From a virus (Duplodnaviria; Heunggongvirae; Uroviricota; Caudoviricetes): a DNA stretch of 42,371 bases. A program made the translations under genes and the position numbers. The stretch's first letter is position 1. Each line of letters opens with the position of its first letter. Positions 23,717 through 34,339 of the stretch are shown one piece after another. The stretch covers positions 1-42,371 of the IMG/VR virus record IMGVR_UViG_2778261056_000006, one strand, 5' to 3'. The notes under the pieces are model-generated. The model had not been told where the DNA came from and did not search any database. It saw nothing but the letters and a program-made list of their open reading frames with translations.

Positions 23717-25781
23717 GCGTCTTGAATTAAGCGTCCGCAAAGGCTGGACACCCCCGCCGCGTATCAGTGTGCCGCAGTGGGCAGATGACTATCGTAAGCT
23801 GGCAAAAGAGGCTGGGAGCACTTCGGGAAACTGGGAAACATCGACGGTAGAAATTGCCCGCGGACCGATGCTTGCCGCGACGGAGTCCGGGGTTCATATC
23901 ATCACTGTAATGTGCTGTACCCAGTTGATGAAGACAGCACTGCTGGAAAACCTTTTTGGCTATTTTGCCCACCTCGATCCTTGTCCGATACTGCTGCTGC
24001 AGCCGAAAGAAGAAGCCGCTGAACAGTTTTCGAAAGAGCGTATTAGCCCGCTGGTAAGGGTGACGCCGGTACTGCGTAAAATCATCGGTGATTCGAAACA
24101 GAAAAGCTCGAAAGAAACCATTCTTTACAAGGCGTTCACTGGCGGATTTCTGGCGCTGGCGGGTGCTGGTAGCCCTGATAACCTTGCGCGTCGTCCGATT
24201 CGTGTCCTGCTGGCGGATGAAGTGGACAAGTACCCGATAACCCGCGAAGGCGATCCAATTGCGCTGGCCGAAGAGCGTACAGCGACATTTGGCCTGACCT
24301 GGCTGTCTGTACGCGCCTGTTCGCCGACGGTGGAGGATGAGAGCCGCATTGCTGACAGCTACGCCGACTCCGATCAGCGCCGGGCATCTGTGGTTTGCCC
24401 GCACTGTGGCCACCGCCAGTTCCCCGACTTTTTCAAACACGTTCAGTGGCCGAAAGAGGGAGATAAACACCTGACTAAATCGGCGATGCTCTATTGCGAA
24501 TGCTGTGGTAGTGGCTGGTCCGAAGGACAGCGCCTCAGAGCTCTGCAAACTATTCGATGGCATCAGACGCGCCCATTTGAGTGCTGCGGGGAGCGGCACT
24601 CACCGCTGATGGATTATGACCTTGCCTGGCGGGCGGCAGACGAGGGCAGCGTTGAAAAGGTCTGGCAATGGTCAGAGTCGGAACGGCATGCGGTCTATCG
24701 CGCAATCTGCCCCTCCTGTGGAAAGGAGGCAGTCGATAACCACCACGCGGGGTACCAGGCATCCAAGCTTTTCAGCCCCTGGCAAAAAGATAAGCCGTCG
24801 GATATTGCGAAAAAATATATCGATGCGAAGGGCGATCCGGATAAGGAACAGGCGTGGTGGAATACCCAGATGGGGCTTCCGCACCGACCTAATCATGGGA
24901 AACAGCTCCCTGTTGATGTTCTGCTGGCGCGCCGGGAAATATTTCCGGCCGTCGTTCCGGACGGGGTGGCATTGTTAACAGCTGGAGTTGATACCCAGGA
25001 CGATCGCTTCGAAATTACGATCACCGGCTGGGGGAGAGATGAAGAATCGTGGTCGGTCGCGCATGACGTTATTTATGGTGACCTTGAGACGGAAGAACCC
25101 TGGAAGCGACTGGATGCATACCTGAAACAGATCTGGCGACGTGGTGACGGGCGCGGCCTGAATATCATGGCAACGTGCATGGACTCCGGTGGCCACCATA
25201 CGCAGAAGGTATACGAATTCGCCAAAGAGCGTCTTGGCCGTCGTGTCTGGGCAATTAAGGGGGAGTCTGCACAGGGAGGTAAACGCAATCCTGTCTGGCC
25301 GACCAAACGACCATCATCGAAAAGCAAAGCCAGTTTCCGCCCTGTCATTCTGGGGGTTAACTCAGCGAAAGACGTGATACGCGGTCGCCTGCATCTTGAG
25401 CCACCCAAACCTGGCGCCGCCGCTGCGGGTTATATGCATTTTCCTGACGATCGCGATCTCGGGTACTTCAATCAGCTGCTGGCGGAGCGACTGGTTTACA
25501 AAGTCATTTCCGGGCAGCGGTACAGTATCTGGGAAGCAATACCAGGACGAGCTAACGAAGCGCTTGACTGCCTCGTTTACAGCTATGCCGCGCTGTGCGG
25601 TCTCAAACATATGGGGTTAAAACTCAACGTCCGGGCCGCCAACCTCGAAGCCGATCCGGATAAGTTCCTGCCAGCGCCAGTTGGACAGGAAGAAAAAATC
25701 AATTACGAGCTGCCGGGTGCGGTTATTGAAGAACCAGCGCCGGTCAAACGTAAGCGAATATCGCAACTCCTGCCGAAATAA
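23658..25781 (+). CDS. terminase large subunit (lambda GpA family)
   Basis: VALLTAGVDTQDDRFEITITGWGRDEESW and ANEALDCLVYSYAAL match conserved lambda gpA segments; first ATG at 23658 (ORF track begins at TTG 23652). Confidence 0.85.
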   Translation: MSTNTSQSSESQSLTRQKIERLELSVRKGWTPPPRISVPQWADDYRKLAKEAGSTSGNWETSTVEIARGPMLAATESGVHIITVMCCTQLMKTALLENLFGYFAHLDPCPILLLQPKEEAAEQFSKERISPLVRVTPVLRKIIGDSKQKSSKETILYKAFTGGFLALAGAGSPDNLARRPIRVLLADEVDKYPITREGDPIALAEERTATFGLTWLSVRACSPTVEDESRIADSYADSDQRRASVVCPHCGHRQFPDFFKHVQWPKEGDKHLTKSAMLYCECCGSGWSEGQRLRALQTIRWHQTRPFECCGERHSPLMDYDLAWRAADEGSVEKVWQWSESERHAVYRAICPSCGKEAVDNHHAGYQASKLFSPWQKDKPSDIAKKYIDAKGDPDKEQAWWNTQMGLPHRPNHGKQLPVDVLLARREIFPAVVPDGVALLTAGVDTQDDRFEITITGWGRDEESWSVAHDVIYGDLETEEPWKRLDAYLKQIWRRGDGRGLNIMATCMDSGGHHTQKVYEFAKERLGRRVWAIKGESAQGGKRNPVWPTKRPSSKSKASFRPVILGVNSAKDVIRGRLHLEPPKPGAAAAGYMHFPDDRDLGYFNQLLAERLVYKVISGQRYSIWEAIPGRANEALDCLVYSYAALCGLKHMGLKLNVRAANLEADPDKFLPAPVGQEEKINYELPGAVIEEPAPVKRKRISQLLPK

Positions 25782-25789
25782 GGAAAATC

Positions 25790-26053
25790 ATGTTCAACCG
25801 GAACACCAGCCTGCTTGCCGGCGCAATGACTGACGATCAGCTCAGGGATGCGCTTGCGAAAGCTCAGCAGGCGTACATTGATTTAGCAACCGGGAGCCAC
25901 GGTGTTTCGTTTTCCTATACGCAGGGAGACGGGACGCGATCAGTGTCCTATCAGCAAAGCACCCTGGCTGATCTGCTGGCCCTGATTCAACTTCTGCAGG
26001 CGCAACTGGGGATTATCTCTCGTCCCCGGAAACCAGCGAGGTTTAGATTCTGA
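25790..26053 (+). CDS. head-tail joining protein (gpW-like)
   Basis: 87 aa between terminase and portal; size, position and loose similarity to lambda W. Confidence 0.6.
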   Translation: MFNRNTSLLAGAMTDDQLRDALAKAQQAYIDLATGSHGVSFSYTQGDGTRSVSYQQSTLADLLALIQLLQAQLGIISRPRKPARFRF

Positions 26054-27690
26054 TGAATAAAGTACAGATACTGGGCTCTGATGGGCAGCCGTTGCGACAG
26101 CAGCGTCCCTCTATGCTGGTGGGGGGGAGCCGCGTACCTTATGACGCAGCTGACTCTTTCAGCGATCAACTGGCGAACTGGCAACCCGCGCTGTGGTCCC
26201 CGGACAATGAAATTAACATTTACCGGGATCGCATCGTGTCCCGCGCACGCGATCTGGTCCGTAATGACGGCTGGGCAAACGGTGCGGTCACACGTCTGCT
26301 GGATAATGCGGTTGGTGCCAACTTCCGCCCCATCATGAAACCCGATTACCGTGTTCTCAGAATGATCACCGGAAACAAGGCGTTTGATGCGTCCTGGGCG
26401 GAAGAGTACGGAAAAGCACTGGACGGGCACTGGCGGACCTGGAGTAACGATCCTGGCCGGTATTGTGATGTTGAACGAAAACTCACCGTGTCGCAGATGT
26501 TACGCCTGGGATTTCGTCACAAGCTTATTGACGGGGATGCTCTGGCCATTCTCCAGTACAGAACTGACAGGCTTGGTCCCGGAAGAGGGCGTTACGCCAC
26601 CACGGTACAGATTGTCGATCCTGACCGCCTCAGTAATCCTCAGCAGAATTTCGATATGCCAAATGTCCGTGGTGGCGTTGAAATTGATGCGGACGGTGCG
26701 CCGGTTGCTTACCACATCAGGGAGGCCCATATCGGTGACTGGTGGAGCGGGGCTAAAACCATGACGTGGCAGCGTATCCCGCGTGAAACTGACTGGGGCC
26801 GCCCGCATGTGGTTCACGATTTTGATCATGAGCGTGGCGCGCAGCACCGTGGTAACGGCATCCTGACTCCGGTTATTCAGCGTCTGAAAATGCTGGTGAA
26901 GTATGACCAGAGTGAGCTTGAGGCAGCAATTCTTAATGCCATATTTGCCGCTTACATTGAGTCACCCTATGACCCTGCGATGGTTCAGTCTGCCCTGGGC
27001 GAGACCTATGACGAGTCGGAGTTAGGCACTTATCAGGACGGGCGTGTTGAGTTCCATAACGATCGGCGTCTGACACTTCAGAATGGTGCCCGAATGCCCA
27101 TTCTTTATCCTGGTGAGAAAATCACGACGGTTAACGCGGCGCGGCCCTACAGCAATTTTGAAGTCTTCGAATCTGCTGTTCTCCGTAATTTTTCTTCAGG
27201 AACAGGGTTGTCCCCACAGCAGGTCACCCAGGACTGGTCTGACGTTAACTACAGTTCTGCACGCTCCTCGTTGCTGGAGGCATGGAAAACACTGACTCGC
27301 CGCCGGGACGATTTTTCTACCGGCTTCGCTCAGCCCATTCTCACCGCCTTTGTTGAAGAAGTTCACGACAATGAGGATTTACCCCTGCCCGCAGGCGCAC
27401 CTGATTTTGTTGACGCCAGAGCCGCGTATTCTCGCGCGCGCTGGATGGGGCCAGGGCGCGGCTGGGTGGATCCGGTTGCAGAGAAAAAAGGCGCCATTCT
27501 TGGTCTGGATGCCGGACTTTCCACCCTCGAGATTGAGGTGGGTGAAAACGTCGGTGAAGACTGGGAAGAAGTGCTTGATCAGCGCCAGAGAGAAATTGAG
27601 TCATGTCTTAAACGCGGATTACCGCTTCCGAGCTGGGCACAGGCTGACCAGTTTGCGAGCCAGACCATTACCGATCCGGAGGAAAAGTGA
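26053..27690 (+). CDS. portal protein (lambda gpB family)
   Basis: 545 aa; ARDLVRNDGWANGAV and LEAAILNAIFAAYIESPYD align with lambda B. Confidence 0.85.
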   Translation: MNKVQILGSDGQPLRQQRPSMLVGGSRVPYDAADSFSDQLANWQPALWSPDNEINIYRDRIVSRARDLVRNDGWANGAVTRLLDNAVGANFRPIMKPDYRVLRMITGNKAFDASWAEEYGKALDGHWRTWSNDPGRYCDVERKLTVSQMLRLGFRHKLIDGDALAILQYRTDRLGPGRGRYATTVQIVDPDRLSNPQQNFDMPNVRGGVEIDADGAPVAYHIREAHIGDWWSGAKTMTWQRIPRETDWGRPHVVHDFDHERGAQHRGNGILTPVIQRLKMLVKYDQSELEAAILNAIFAAYIESPYDPAMVQSALGETYDESELGTYQDGRVEFHNDRRLTLQNGARMPILYPGEKITTVNAARPYSNFEVFESAVLRNFSSGTGLSPQQVTQDWSDVNYSSARSSLLEAWKTLTRRRDDFSTGFAQPILTAFVEEVHDNEDLPLPAGAPDFVDARAAYSRARWMGPGRGWVDPVAEKKGAILGLDAGLSTLEIEVGENVGEDWEEVLDQRQREIESCLKRGLPLPSWAQADQFASQTITDPEEK

Positions 27691-28553
27691 ATCTACCCCA
27701 TCTGGCCCAGCGATTATTTAACACCCCGCTGGCGCTGCACCCGAGTAAAGCCGAAGTCATCATGGCATCCGTAATGGACCGATTTGGTATCAGTAAAATC
27801 GAATCTTCTCTTGCCATGGAGGATGACTGGTACGGATATGACGATAACCGGGGACGTGAATCCCGTAGTGATCCGGGTTATGACAATGTGCTGGGTGTCG
27901 CCGTCATCCCGATATGCGGAACGCTGGTGCAAAAACTGGGCAGTCTGCGTCCGTACAGTGGAATGACAGGGTATGACGGCATTCGTCAGGCGTTTCTTAC
28001 TGCGATGGAAGATCCCGACATTTCGGGCATTTGCCTGGATATCGACTCACCCGGCGGCGAGGTCGCTGGATGCTTCGATCTGGTTGATGTCATTTACGGC
28101 TCCCGGGGGAAAAAGCCTATCCATGCCATTCTGACGGAAAGCGCTTATTCCGCTGCGTATGCCATTGCCAGTGCAGCGGACCGGATTTCTGTTCCGCGCA
28201 CCGGCGGAGTGGGTTCTGTGGGTGTGATCACCATGCACCTTGACTGGACGCAGCGGATTAAAGATGACGGTCTTAAAGTTACGATCATCACCTATGGATC
28301 CCGCAAGGCTGAAGGTTCGCCGCTGAGAGAGTTGTCAGATGAAGCTCTGGCCGCCATCCAGCAGGACATTAACACCATGGGCGAATTGTTTGTGAACACT
28401 GTTGCCAGAAACCGGGGGATTAGCGCAAAGGTTATAAAAAGTACCCAGGCCGCCTGTTTTATGGCTGCTGATGGCGTTGAAATTGGACTGGCTGATGAGG
28501 TGTGTCCTCCTGACGCTGCGTTCAAAAACTTACTTGAAAAAACAGGAGCCTGA
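27687..28553 (+). CDS. head maturation protease (S49 / ClpP-fold, gpC-like)
   Basis: 288 aa; DIDSPGGEV motif; position after portal; GTG start with SD GGAGG. Confidence 0.8.
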   Translation: MNLPHLAQRLFNTPLALHPSKAEVIMASVMDRFGISKIESSLAMEDDWYGYDDNRGRESRSDPGYDNVLGVAVIPICGTLVQKLGSLRPYSGMTGYDGIRQAFLTAMEDPDISGICLDIDSPGGEVAGCFDLVDVIYGSRGKKPIHAILTESAYSAAYAIASAADRISVPRTGGVGSVGVITMHLDWTQRIKDDGLKVTIITYGSRKAEGSPLRELSDEALAAIQQDINTMGELFVNTVARNRGISAKVIKSTQAACFMAADGVEIGLADEVCPPDAAFKNLLEKTGA

Positions 28554-28554
28554 A

Positions 28555-29145
28555 ATGGCAAAGAAAAAGACGTTTAGTTTTGCTCACCTCATTGGTCTTG
28601 GCCCTTCCGCTTCTGAGGAAGAAGAGGATAAAAAAGCCAAAAAAGCGAAAGCCCGTCGCGCGGAAGAGGACGAGCGCGAAGATGATGCCGATGATGATGA
28701 GCGCGACGACGACGCGGAAGAAGACGAACGCGACGATGATGCTGAAGATGACGGCGATGATCCGGATGCGTCAGAAGATGATGATTCTGAAGACGACGGC
28801 GACGACGATCGCAAAGAGAGTAAGGCGGTAAAAAATGCACGCGCTGCTGAGCGTAAACGCTGCGCCCGTATTTTCGGCAGTAAGCATGCAGCTGCGAATC
28901 CTTCACTGGCCGCGTCACTGGCTTTCAATACCGGGATGAGTTCTGCGGCAGCAATTAATGTCCTAGCCTCTTCGGCTCCGGCCGCAGCCGCATCTCAGCC
29001 ATCCCGTAAACGCTCTCTCGATCAGCGTATGCAGGAAAGCCACCAGGTCCGGCTTAATCCGGATAGCGGACAGAAAGAGACCGGAAAGTCTGCGCTGGTA
29101 AGTAAAATGACCGGCCTCTACAACTCCACAAGAGGAGAGAAATAA
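28555..29145 (+). CDS. acidic low-complexity head protein (scaffold-like, Nu3 position)
   Basis: 197 aa from ATG 28555; long Asp/Glu-rich repeats (DDERDDDAEEDERDDDAEDD). Confidence 0.5.
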   Translation: MAKKKTFSFAHLIGLGPSASEEEEDKKAKKAKARRAEEDEREDDADDDERDDDAEEDERDDDAEDDGDDPDASEDDDSEDDGDDDRKESKAVKNARAAERKRCARIFGSKHAAANPSLAASLAFNTGMSSAAAINVLASSAPAAAASQPSRKRSLDQRMQESHQVRLNPDSGQKETGKSALVSKMTGLYNSTRGEK

Positions 29146-29549
29146 TGGATCAGTTTGGTCAGAATGCGTTTGCGCCTGGCATGAAGAGCGCGCTGTTTGT
29201 TCCGGATCAGCTTGTCGCTGGCACGCTCCAGCTGGTGACTGACACCGGGATCATTACGGGCGGTGCCTTTAAGCGTGGTACTGTCCTGGGCCTGGTGGCT
29301 GCCAGCGGGAAATACACGCAATGTGTGAAAACGGCTGAAGATGGCAGTCAGTTACCCGTTGCTATTCTGGTTGATGATGTTGATGCATCGTCTTCCGATC
29401 AGAACGGCGGCCTGTATCTGATGGGGGAATTCAACCAGCACCGAATTATTTTTGATAACTCCTGGACGACCGCTGACCTGAAAAAAGCGCTCCGACCGCT
29501 GGCTATCTTCCTGAAAGACAGTGACCAGGCACCTGTAACCACCTCCTGA
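29145..29549 (+). CDS. head decoration protein (gpD-like)
   Basis: 134 aa; position between scaffold and major capsid; strong SD AGAGGAGAGA; loose similarity to lambda D. Confidence 0.55.
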   Translation: MDQFGQNAFAPGMKSALFVPDQLVAGTLQLVTDTGIITGGAFKRGTVLGLVAASGKYTQCVKTAEDGSQLPVAILVDDVDASSSDQNGGLYLMGEFNQHRIIFDNSWTTADLKKALRPLAIFLKDSDQAPVTTS

Positions 29550-29646
29550 TTTCCCCCACGGCTCTCCTGACGAATGCTTTAACCGGCAGGGGCTGGCTCG
29601 TTTAAATTTTTTGCCAGCTGCGGCTGGCACTATCAAGAGACTGAAT

Positions 29647-30696
29647 ATGGAAAATGTTTTTGATACCAGCGTGCTGGTGCAGGTTGTTCCTAACCTGAAA
29701 ACCAGTCAGAACTGGCTGCTCGATCGCTTCTTCCCGAATGTCGTGACTTACGAGACTGAAGAAGTGGCGATTGATGTTGATGTCGGCCTGCGTCGTATGG
29801 CGCCGTTCGTCTCCCCGCTGGTGGAAGGTAAGCTGGTCGAATCCCGTAAATACCAGACCAATACCTTCAAACCGGCATACATCAAAGATAAGCGCGCTCC
29901 GGACCTGCGCAAACCTATCCGCCGCCAGATTGGTGAGCGTATTGGCGGGGAATATACCGCTGCCGAGCGCGAAATGCTGAACCTTCAGTTTGAAATGACT
30001 GACCAGATTGACATGATCAACCGTCGTCTGGAATGGATGGCGGCGAGTGCGCTGGTGTCTGGGACCGTAACCGTCGCCGGGGAGGGCTATGAAACTAAGG
30101 TGGTGGATTTCGGGCGTGCTTCGGATCTGACCATCACTCTTAGCGGCTCGGATAAATGGCCACTGACCGTTGCAGCTGGCGCTACCAATACCCAGCCATC
30201 AGATGACATTGAAATCTGGCAGACTACTTTCCTGAAAGAGTCCGGCTCTGTCGCCACGGATCTGGTCTTTACGAATAAGTCATGGCGTGCATTCCGACTG
30301 GATACCACCATCAAGGATAACGCCATTACATTCCCGGCGCTGAGCCCGTTTGGTAACCAGATTAACGCCGGCCCACAGGTAATGAAGGGCGCAATTTATA
30401 AAGGGCGCTGGGGTAACTTTGACCTCTGGTTATATAACGACTGGTTTATTGACCCGCTGGACAACGTCGAGAAGCCTATGATCCCCGATGGCGCTGTCAT
30501 TATGAGTGGTGCCGATCTGATGGGTACCCGCGCCTTTGGCGTTATCCTGGACCCGGCTTTCAACTACGGTCCGCTGGCTTATGCGCCAAAATCCTGGGTG
30601 AAAGAAGATCCAGCCCAGCGTCTTATCCTGATGCAATCCTCCCCGCTGGTTATTCCGAGCCGGGTAAATGCATCCCTCTGCGCAACGGTGGTCTGA
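29647..30696 (+). CDS. major capsid protein (lambda gpE family)
   Basis: 350 aa from first ATG 29647; N-terminus (LLDRFFP) and overall pattern match lambda E. Confidence 0.8.
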   Translation: MENVFDTSVLVQVVPNLKTSQNWLLDRFFPNVVTYETEEVAIDVDVGLRRMAPFVSPLVEGKLVESRKYQTNTFKPAYIKDKRAPDLRKPIRRQIGERIGGEYTAAEREMLNLQFEMTDQIDMINRRLEWMAASALVSGTVTVAGEGYETKVVDFGRASDLTITLSGSDKWPLTVAAGATNTQPSDDIEIWQTTFLKESGSVATDLVFTNKSWRAFRLDTTIKDNAITFPALSPFGNQINAGPQVMKGAIYKGRWGNFDLWLYNDWFIDPLDNVEKPMIPDGAVIMSGADLMGTRAFGVILDPAFNYGPLAYAPKSWVKEDPAQRLILMQSSPLVIPSRVNASLCATVV

Positions 30697-30697
30697 T

Positions 30698-31078
30698 ATG
30701 GCAAAACAACCTAATACCGGGCTGGCTGATGATCTGAATGCAGAAGGATCTGCCAAAGACGGCCTGAGCGTTGACAACCTGAATGCTGGCGATAACACCC
30801 AGGAAAAACAGCCTTTGAGCAAAACAGATGATGCCGAATTGTCTGTTGATGACGATGGTGGTGACGAAAAATCCGGAGACACTGAATCGCAGGAGTATGT
30901 GGTGTTGAAAGGGAATTGCATTCGTCATGACGGGGAGATGTACCGCGAAAATATGCGCATCCCTGTAACCGGCAAAGATGCTGAGCGTCTTCTGCAGTCC
31001 GGCGTTATTGCTGATGTTGATGTGCTTCGTAAGCGAGTTCTTGCTTCTCAGCCATCAGTTTCAGTTACGACAGGGTAA
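30698..31078 (+). CDS. hypothetical head protein (FI-like position)
   Basis: 126 aa from ATG 30698 (2 nt after capsid stop); acidic N-terminal half. Confidence 0.4.
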   Translation: MAKQPNTGLADDLNAEGSAKDGLSVDNLNAGDNTQEKQPLSKTDDAELSVDDDGGDEKSGDTESQEYVVLKGNCIRHDGEMYRENMRIPVTGKDAERLLQSGVIADVDVLRKRVLASQPSVSVTTG

Positions 31079-31082
31079 TGAC

Positions 31083-31442
31083 ATGGGCGTGGACTGGGAT
31101 TCTCATCTTCTGAGTCCGCTGCATGATGTCTTTGGCGATGAGCACGAGTACCGTCCACGTAACGGTACTCCTTTTACAATTAACGGGATTTTTGACCGTG
31201 GTTATGCGCAGGTTGCTGAAAACCTTGATGGCGATTCAGAAATTAACACCTCCAGCCCGATGTTGGGTGTGCGCGATGCTGAATTTCGCAAGCTGGGTAA
31301 ATCGCAACCTGCTGTATCTGACCGGGTATTTATAAAGACGGTCGGTGGTCACATCATCAATCAGTTATTTGTTGTGTCAAACGTCGAACCCGACAGTCAT
31401 GGCGGATCTCGTCTTGTCCTCAATGTGGTAAAACCGCGATGA
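31083..31442 (+). CDS. head-tail connector / head completion protein (FII-like)
   Basis: 119 aa from ATG 31083; pattern (GIFD...EVEPDSHGGSRLVL) resembles lambda FII-type proteins. Confidence 0.5.
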   Translation: MGVDWDSHLLSPLHDVFGDEHEYRPRNGTPFTINGIFDRGYAQVAENLDGDSEINTSSPMLGVRDAEFRKLGKSQPAVSDRVFIKTVGGHIINQLFVVSNVEPDSHGGSRLVLNVVKPR

Positions 31443-31984
31443 ATTCAGCAGCGATACGGCAAATGGTTGTCACTGCACTAACCGGGACAACCAGCGCGGG
31501 CGACCGCGTATTCTCTCCACGCGACTGGTCAACTTCACCAGATATGTATCCTGTGTTGTTGGTTCAGACGCCTTTTGAACAGAAAAAATCACAGGGGCGT
31601 AATACCCCTGCTTTTACCACCCTCACCACTGTCAGGATCACTGGGCGCGTTCAGGAGTATGACGGCGATACAGTGGATGATGGAGCCATGCGGGCAGAGC
31701 TGGCGCTTGAAAGCCTTCGCGAGCAGGTGGAGCGCGCGGTGATCAACAGCTACGAACTGACGCGGAATATTCAGAAATACGCGGAAGTTCGTTCAACCAT
31801 CAATGTTGATTCAGAAGGAGAGGCCCATATGGGGCAGCTTCTTTTCGAGATCGACATAGAGCATTACCAGGGGCCGGAAGATTTTTATCCTGTCCAGTCG
31901 GTTCCCCTTGAGGGCATGGATATTGCGGTCGATATGCCAGACGGCACAGTTAAACCGGGTATCAGCCTCAATCTTCAGGAGTAA
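31439..31984 (+). CDS. putative neck / tail completion protein
   Basis: 181-aa ORF overlapping the previous stop; position between head completion and tail sheath. Confidence 0.45.
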   Translation: MNSAAIRQMVVTALTGTTSAGDRVFSPRDWSTSPDMYPVLLVQTPFEQKKSQGRNTPAFTTLTTVRITGRVQEYDGDTVDDGAMRAELALESLREQVERAVINSYELTRNIQKYAEVRSTINVDSEGEAHMGQLLFEIDIEHYQGPEDFYPVQSVPLEGMDIAVDMPDGTVKPGISLNLQE

Positions 31985-31987
31985 TCC

Positions 31988-32185
31988 ATGTTTGTTAAGC
32001 CGAACAACGGGCTCAGCGTTCGCTGCCCCGTCAAGGGCATCCCATTGCCTAAAGAGGGTGCTGAAGTACCTGACAATATTTTCTGGCGTCGCCGTCTGAG
32101 CGATGGGGACGTGATCCTCTCTAAAAAGGATGAGGGCGCGCCAGAGAAACAATCATTACCTAAAAAAGCGGGAGAAAATGAATGA
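31988..32185 (+). CDS. hypothetical small protein preceding tail sheath
   Basis: 65-aa ORF, tightly packed, overlaps the sheath start. Confidence 0.45.
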   Translation: MFVKPNNGLSVRCPVKGIPLPKEGAEVPDNIFWRRRLSDGDVILSKKDEGAPEKQSLPKKAGENE

Positions 32186-33684
32186 CCGTACCTTTCGCTC
32201 GTGTTCCCGATAACCTGCGGGTAGGGCTTTTCTTCGTTGAGTTTGATAACTCAATGGCGAATAACGCCACTGCCACGCAGCGCACCCTGCTTATCGGTGG
32301 GATGCTCAGTACCGGCTCAACCCCCCCTGGTATTCCGCAGCGAGTTTCCTCTTCGGATACCGTCGGTGAGCTGACAGGAAAAGGGGGAATTCTGCAGGCC
32401 ATGATGGCGGCGTATCAGAAAAATGATACCGCAGCCGAAGTCTGGATCCTGCCGCTGGAGGAAGACTCCGATTCCATGGTGGCTGCAACCGGCACCATTA
32501 AAGTGAGCAGCGCACCGACGGCAACCGGAGTGATCTCCCTTTATATTGCTGGTGAGCGCATTCAGTTGACCGTTGTAGCAACAGATACGGTGGCAGCGAT
32601 CGCCACCTCTCTGGCCGCGGCGATTAACGCAAAAACCACGCTACCTGTAACCGCAAGTGCGACTACGGATACCGTAACCCTGACCGCGAAGAATCTTGGT
32701 GCTACGGGTAATGGGATCGACATTCGCCTGAACTTCCTCGGCTTACCTGGAGGCGAGTCCACACCTGCAGGCCTGGAACTGACGATTACTGCTATGTCTA
32801 ACGGAGTCGGGGCTCCGGATATTACCGGCGAGCTGGCAAACCTGCAGGATCGGACATTCGATTTCATCATCAACCCTTACGACGATACAACCTCGTTGAA
32901 TGTGATGAAGGAGTTCCTGTCAGACACTGGCGGTCGCTGGGCATGGGACAAGCAGCTTTATGGCCATTCCTTTGGTACCACCACCGGGACTTACGCCCAG
33001 CTCGGTACCAAAGGTGAGCTGCGCAATAACCAGCATGAGACCCTGCTGGGCGTAAATAAATCGCCGTCCCCTTCCTGGGCATGGTCTGCAGCTTACACCG
33101 GCGCAGCTGCGGTGAGTCTGCGTAATGACCCCGGCCGCCCGCTACAGTCGCTCGCTGTTCAGGGGGTGCTTGCGCCAGAACTGCAGGATCGCTTTGAGCT
33201 GACCGAGCGTAACAATCTGCTGTACAGCGGCATTTCGACATTTACGGTCGATGACGATGGCACGGTGCGCATTGAAAACCTGATCACCACCTACCAGAAA
33301 AACAGCTATGGCGATGCAGATGACAGTTATCTGGAAGTGGAGACGCTGTTCAGCCTGATGTTTGTGACCCGCTACCTGCGCACAGCGGTGACCAGCAAGT
33401 TTGGCCGTATGAAGCTTGCTGCGGATGGAACCCGATTTGCACCTGGCGCGGCGATCGTCACGCCAAACATTATCAAGGCCGATCAGATTGCCGAGTACCA
33501 GACTCTGGTATGGAACGGTTATGCGCAGGATGCGGAGGCATTCGCAAAAAATATCATCGTCGAGCAGAACGCCAAAAATCCGAACCGCGTCGATGTGCTG
33601 TGGCCGGGAACCCTCATGAACCAGTTGCGCATTTTCGCGCTGCTCAATCAGTTCCGCACTCGGGCTGAATCAACAGGAGCTTAA
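32182..33684 (+). CDS. contractile tail sheath protein (Mu gpL-like)
   Basis: 500 aa; size and position ahead of tube, chaperone and tape measure; SD GGAG. Confidence 0.65.
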   Translation: MTVPFARVPDNLRVGLFFVEFDNSMANNATATQRTLLIGGMLSTGSTPPGIPQRVSSSDTVGELTGKGGILQAMMAAYQKNDTAAEVWILPLEEDSDSMVAATGTIKVSSAPTATGVISLYIAGERIQLTVVATDTVAAIATSLAAAINAKTTLPVTASATTDTVTLTAKNLGATGNGIDIRLNFLGLPGGESTPAGLELTITAMSNGVGAPDITGELANLQDRTFDFIINPYDDTTSLNVMKEFLSDTGGRWAWDKQLYGHSFGTTTGTYAQLGTKGELRNNQHETLLGVNKSPSPSWAWSAAYTGAAAVSLRNDPGRPLQSLAVQGVLAPELQDRFELTERNNLLYSGISTFTVDDDGTVRIENLITTYQKNSYGDADDSYLEVETLFSLMFVTRYLRTAVTSKFGRMKLAADGTRFAPGAAIVTPNIIKADQIAEYQTLVWNGYAQDAEAFAKNIIVEQNAKNPNRVDVLWPGTLMNQLRIFALLNQFRTRAESTGA

Positions 33685-33687
33685 ACG

Positions 33688-34059
33688 ATGGCAGGTGATA
33701 CTACTAACCGCCTGGCGGGAACCGCCTATGTCACTGTTAACGGTGTGACGGTAATGGTGGAGGGCTCGTTTAAATACCAGGCTGCCACCGTAAACCGTAC
33801 CACCCTGACAGGGATGGATGGTGTGCACGGATATAAGGAAAAACCTGTGGCGCCATACATTTCTGCCCGACTGCGTGACAGTGGCGGAACGAATGTGCAG
33901 GGCTTTAACCAGCAGACGAACGTCAACGTGATCGCCGAGCTGGCTAACGGGAAAACTATCATTGGCCGTTCACTCTGGACGGTCAACGTCCAGGAAGTGG
34001 AAAGCGAAGATGCAGTATTTGATGTTCGCTGGGAAGGCCGCGACGTAACGGAGAACTAA
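33688..34059 (+). CDS. tail tube protein
   Basis: 123 aa directly after the sheath gene. Confidence 0.6.
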   Translation: MAGDTTNRLAGTAYVTVNGVTVMVEGSFKYQAATVNRTTLTGMDGVHGYKEKPVAPYISARLRDSGGTNVQGFNQQTNVNVIAELANGKTIIGRSLWTVNVQEVESEDAVFDVRWEGRDVTEN

Positions 34060-34060
34060 G

Positions 34061-34339
34061 ATGGCTGAGATTGAACGCGTTAAAACCATTCCATTAACCG
34101 TAGCGCTGGATGATGCTGCGGAGAAGACCACTTATACGCAGCTGGAGCTGAAAGCACCCACGCTAAGCCAGGCTGAGCAGTTTTACGAGAAACAGGCTGC
34201 GTCAACGTCGCTCGCGGCGATGCGCCTGCTTATTGCGCTGGTTTCCGGTACGCGTGAAAGCGTACTGCAGCCGATGGATTTTCTCGACTTCCGTAAGTGT
34301 GAGGAGTATCTGCTCAGTTTTTTGACCTGGAAGCCCTGA
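34061..34339 (+). CDS. tail assembly chaperone (gpG-like), 0-frame product
   Basis: 92 aa immediately upstream of the tape measure gene; ends just after a TTTTTTG slippery heptamer. Confidence 0.6.
   Translation: MAEIERVKTIPLTVALDDAAEKTTYTQLELKAPTLSQAEQFYEKQAASTSLAAMRLLIALVSGTRESVLQPMDFLDFRKCEEYLLSFLTWKP

Noticed and set aside
23727-24599. 290-aa minus-strand ORF inside the terminase large-subunit gene
   Set aside because: Antisense to a confidently identified GpA-family gene; Arg-rich composition typical of a GC-rich antisense frame.
28580-28928. Three overlapping ORFs on both strands within the acidic scaffold-like gene
   Set aside because: Frame artefacts of GA-rich low-complexity DNA; only the frame continuous with ATG 28555 fits the head-gene context.
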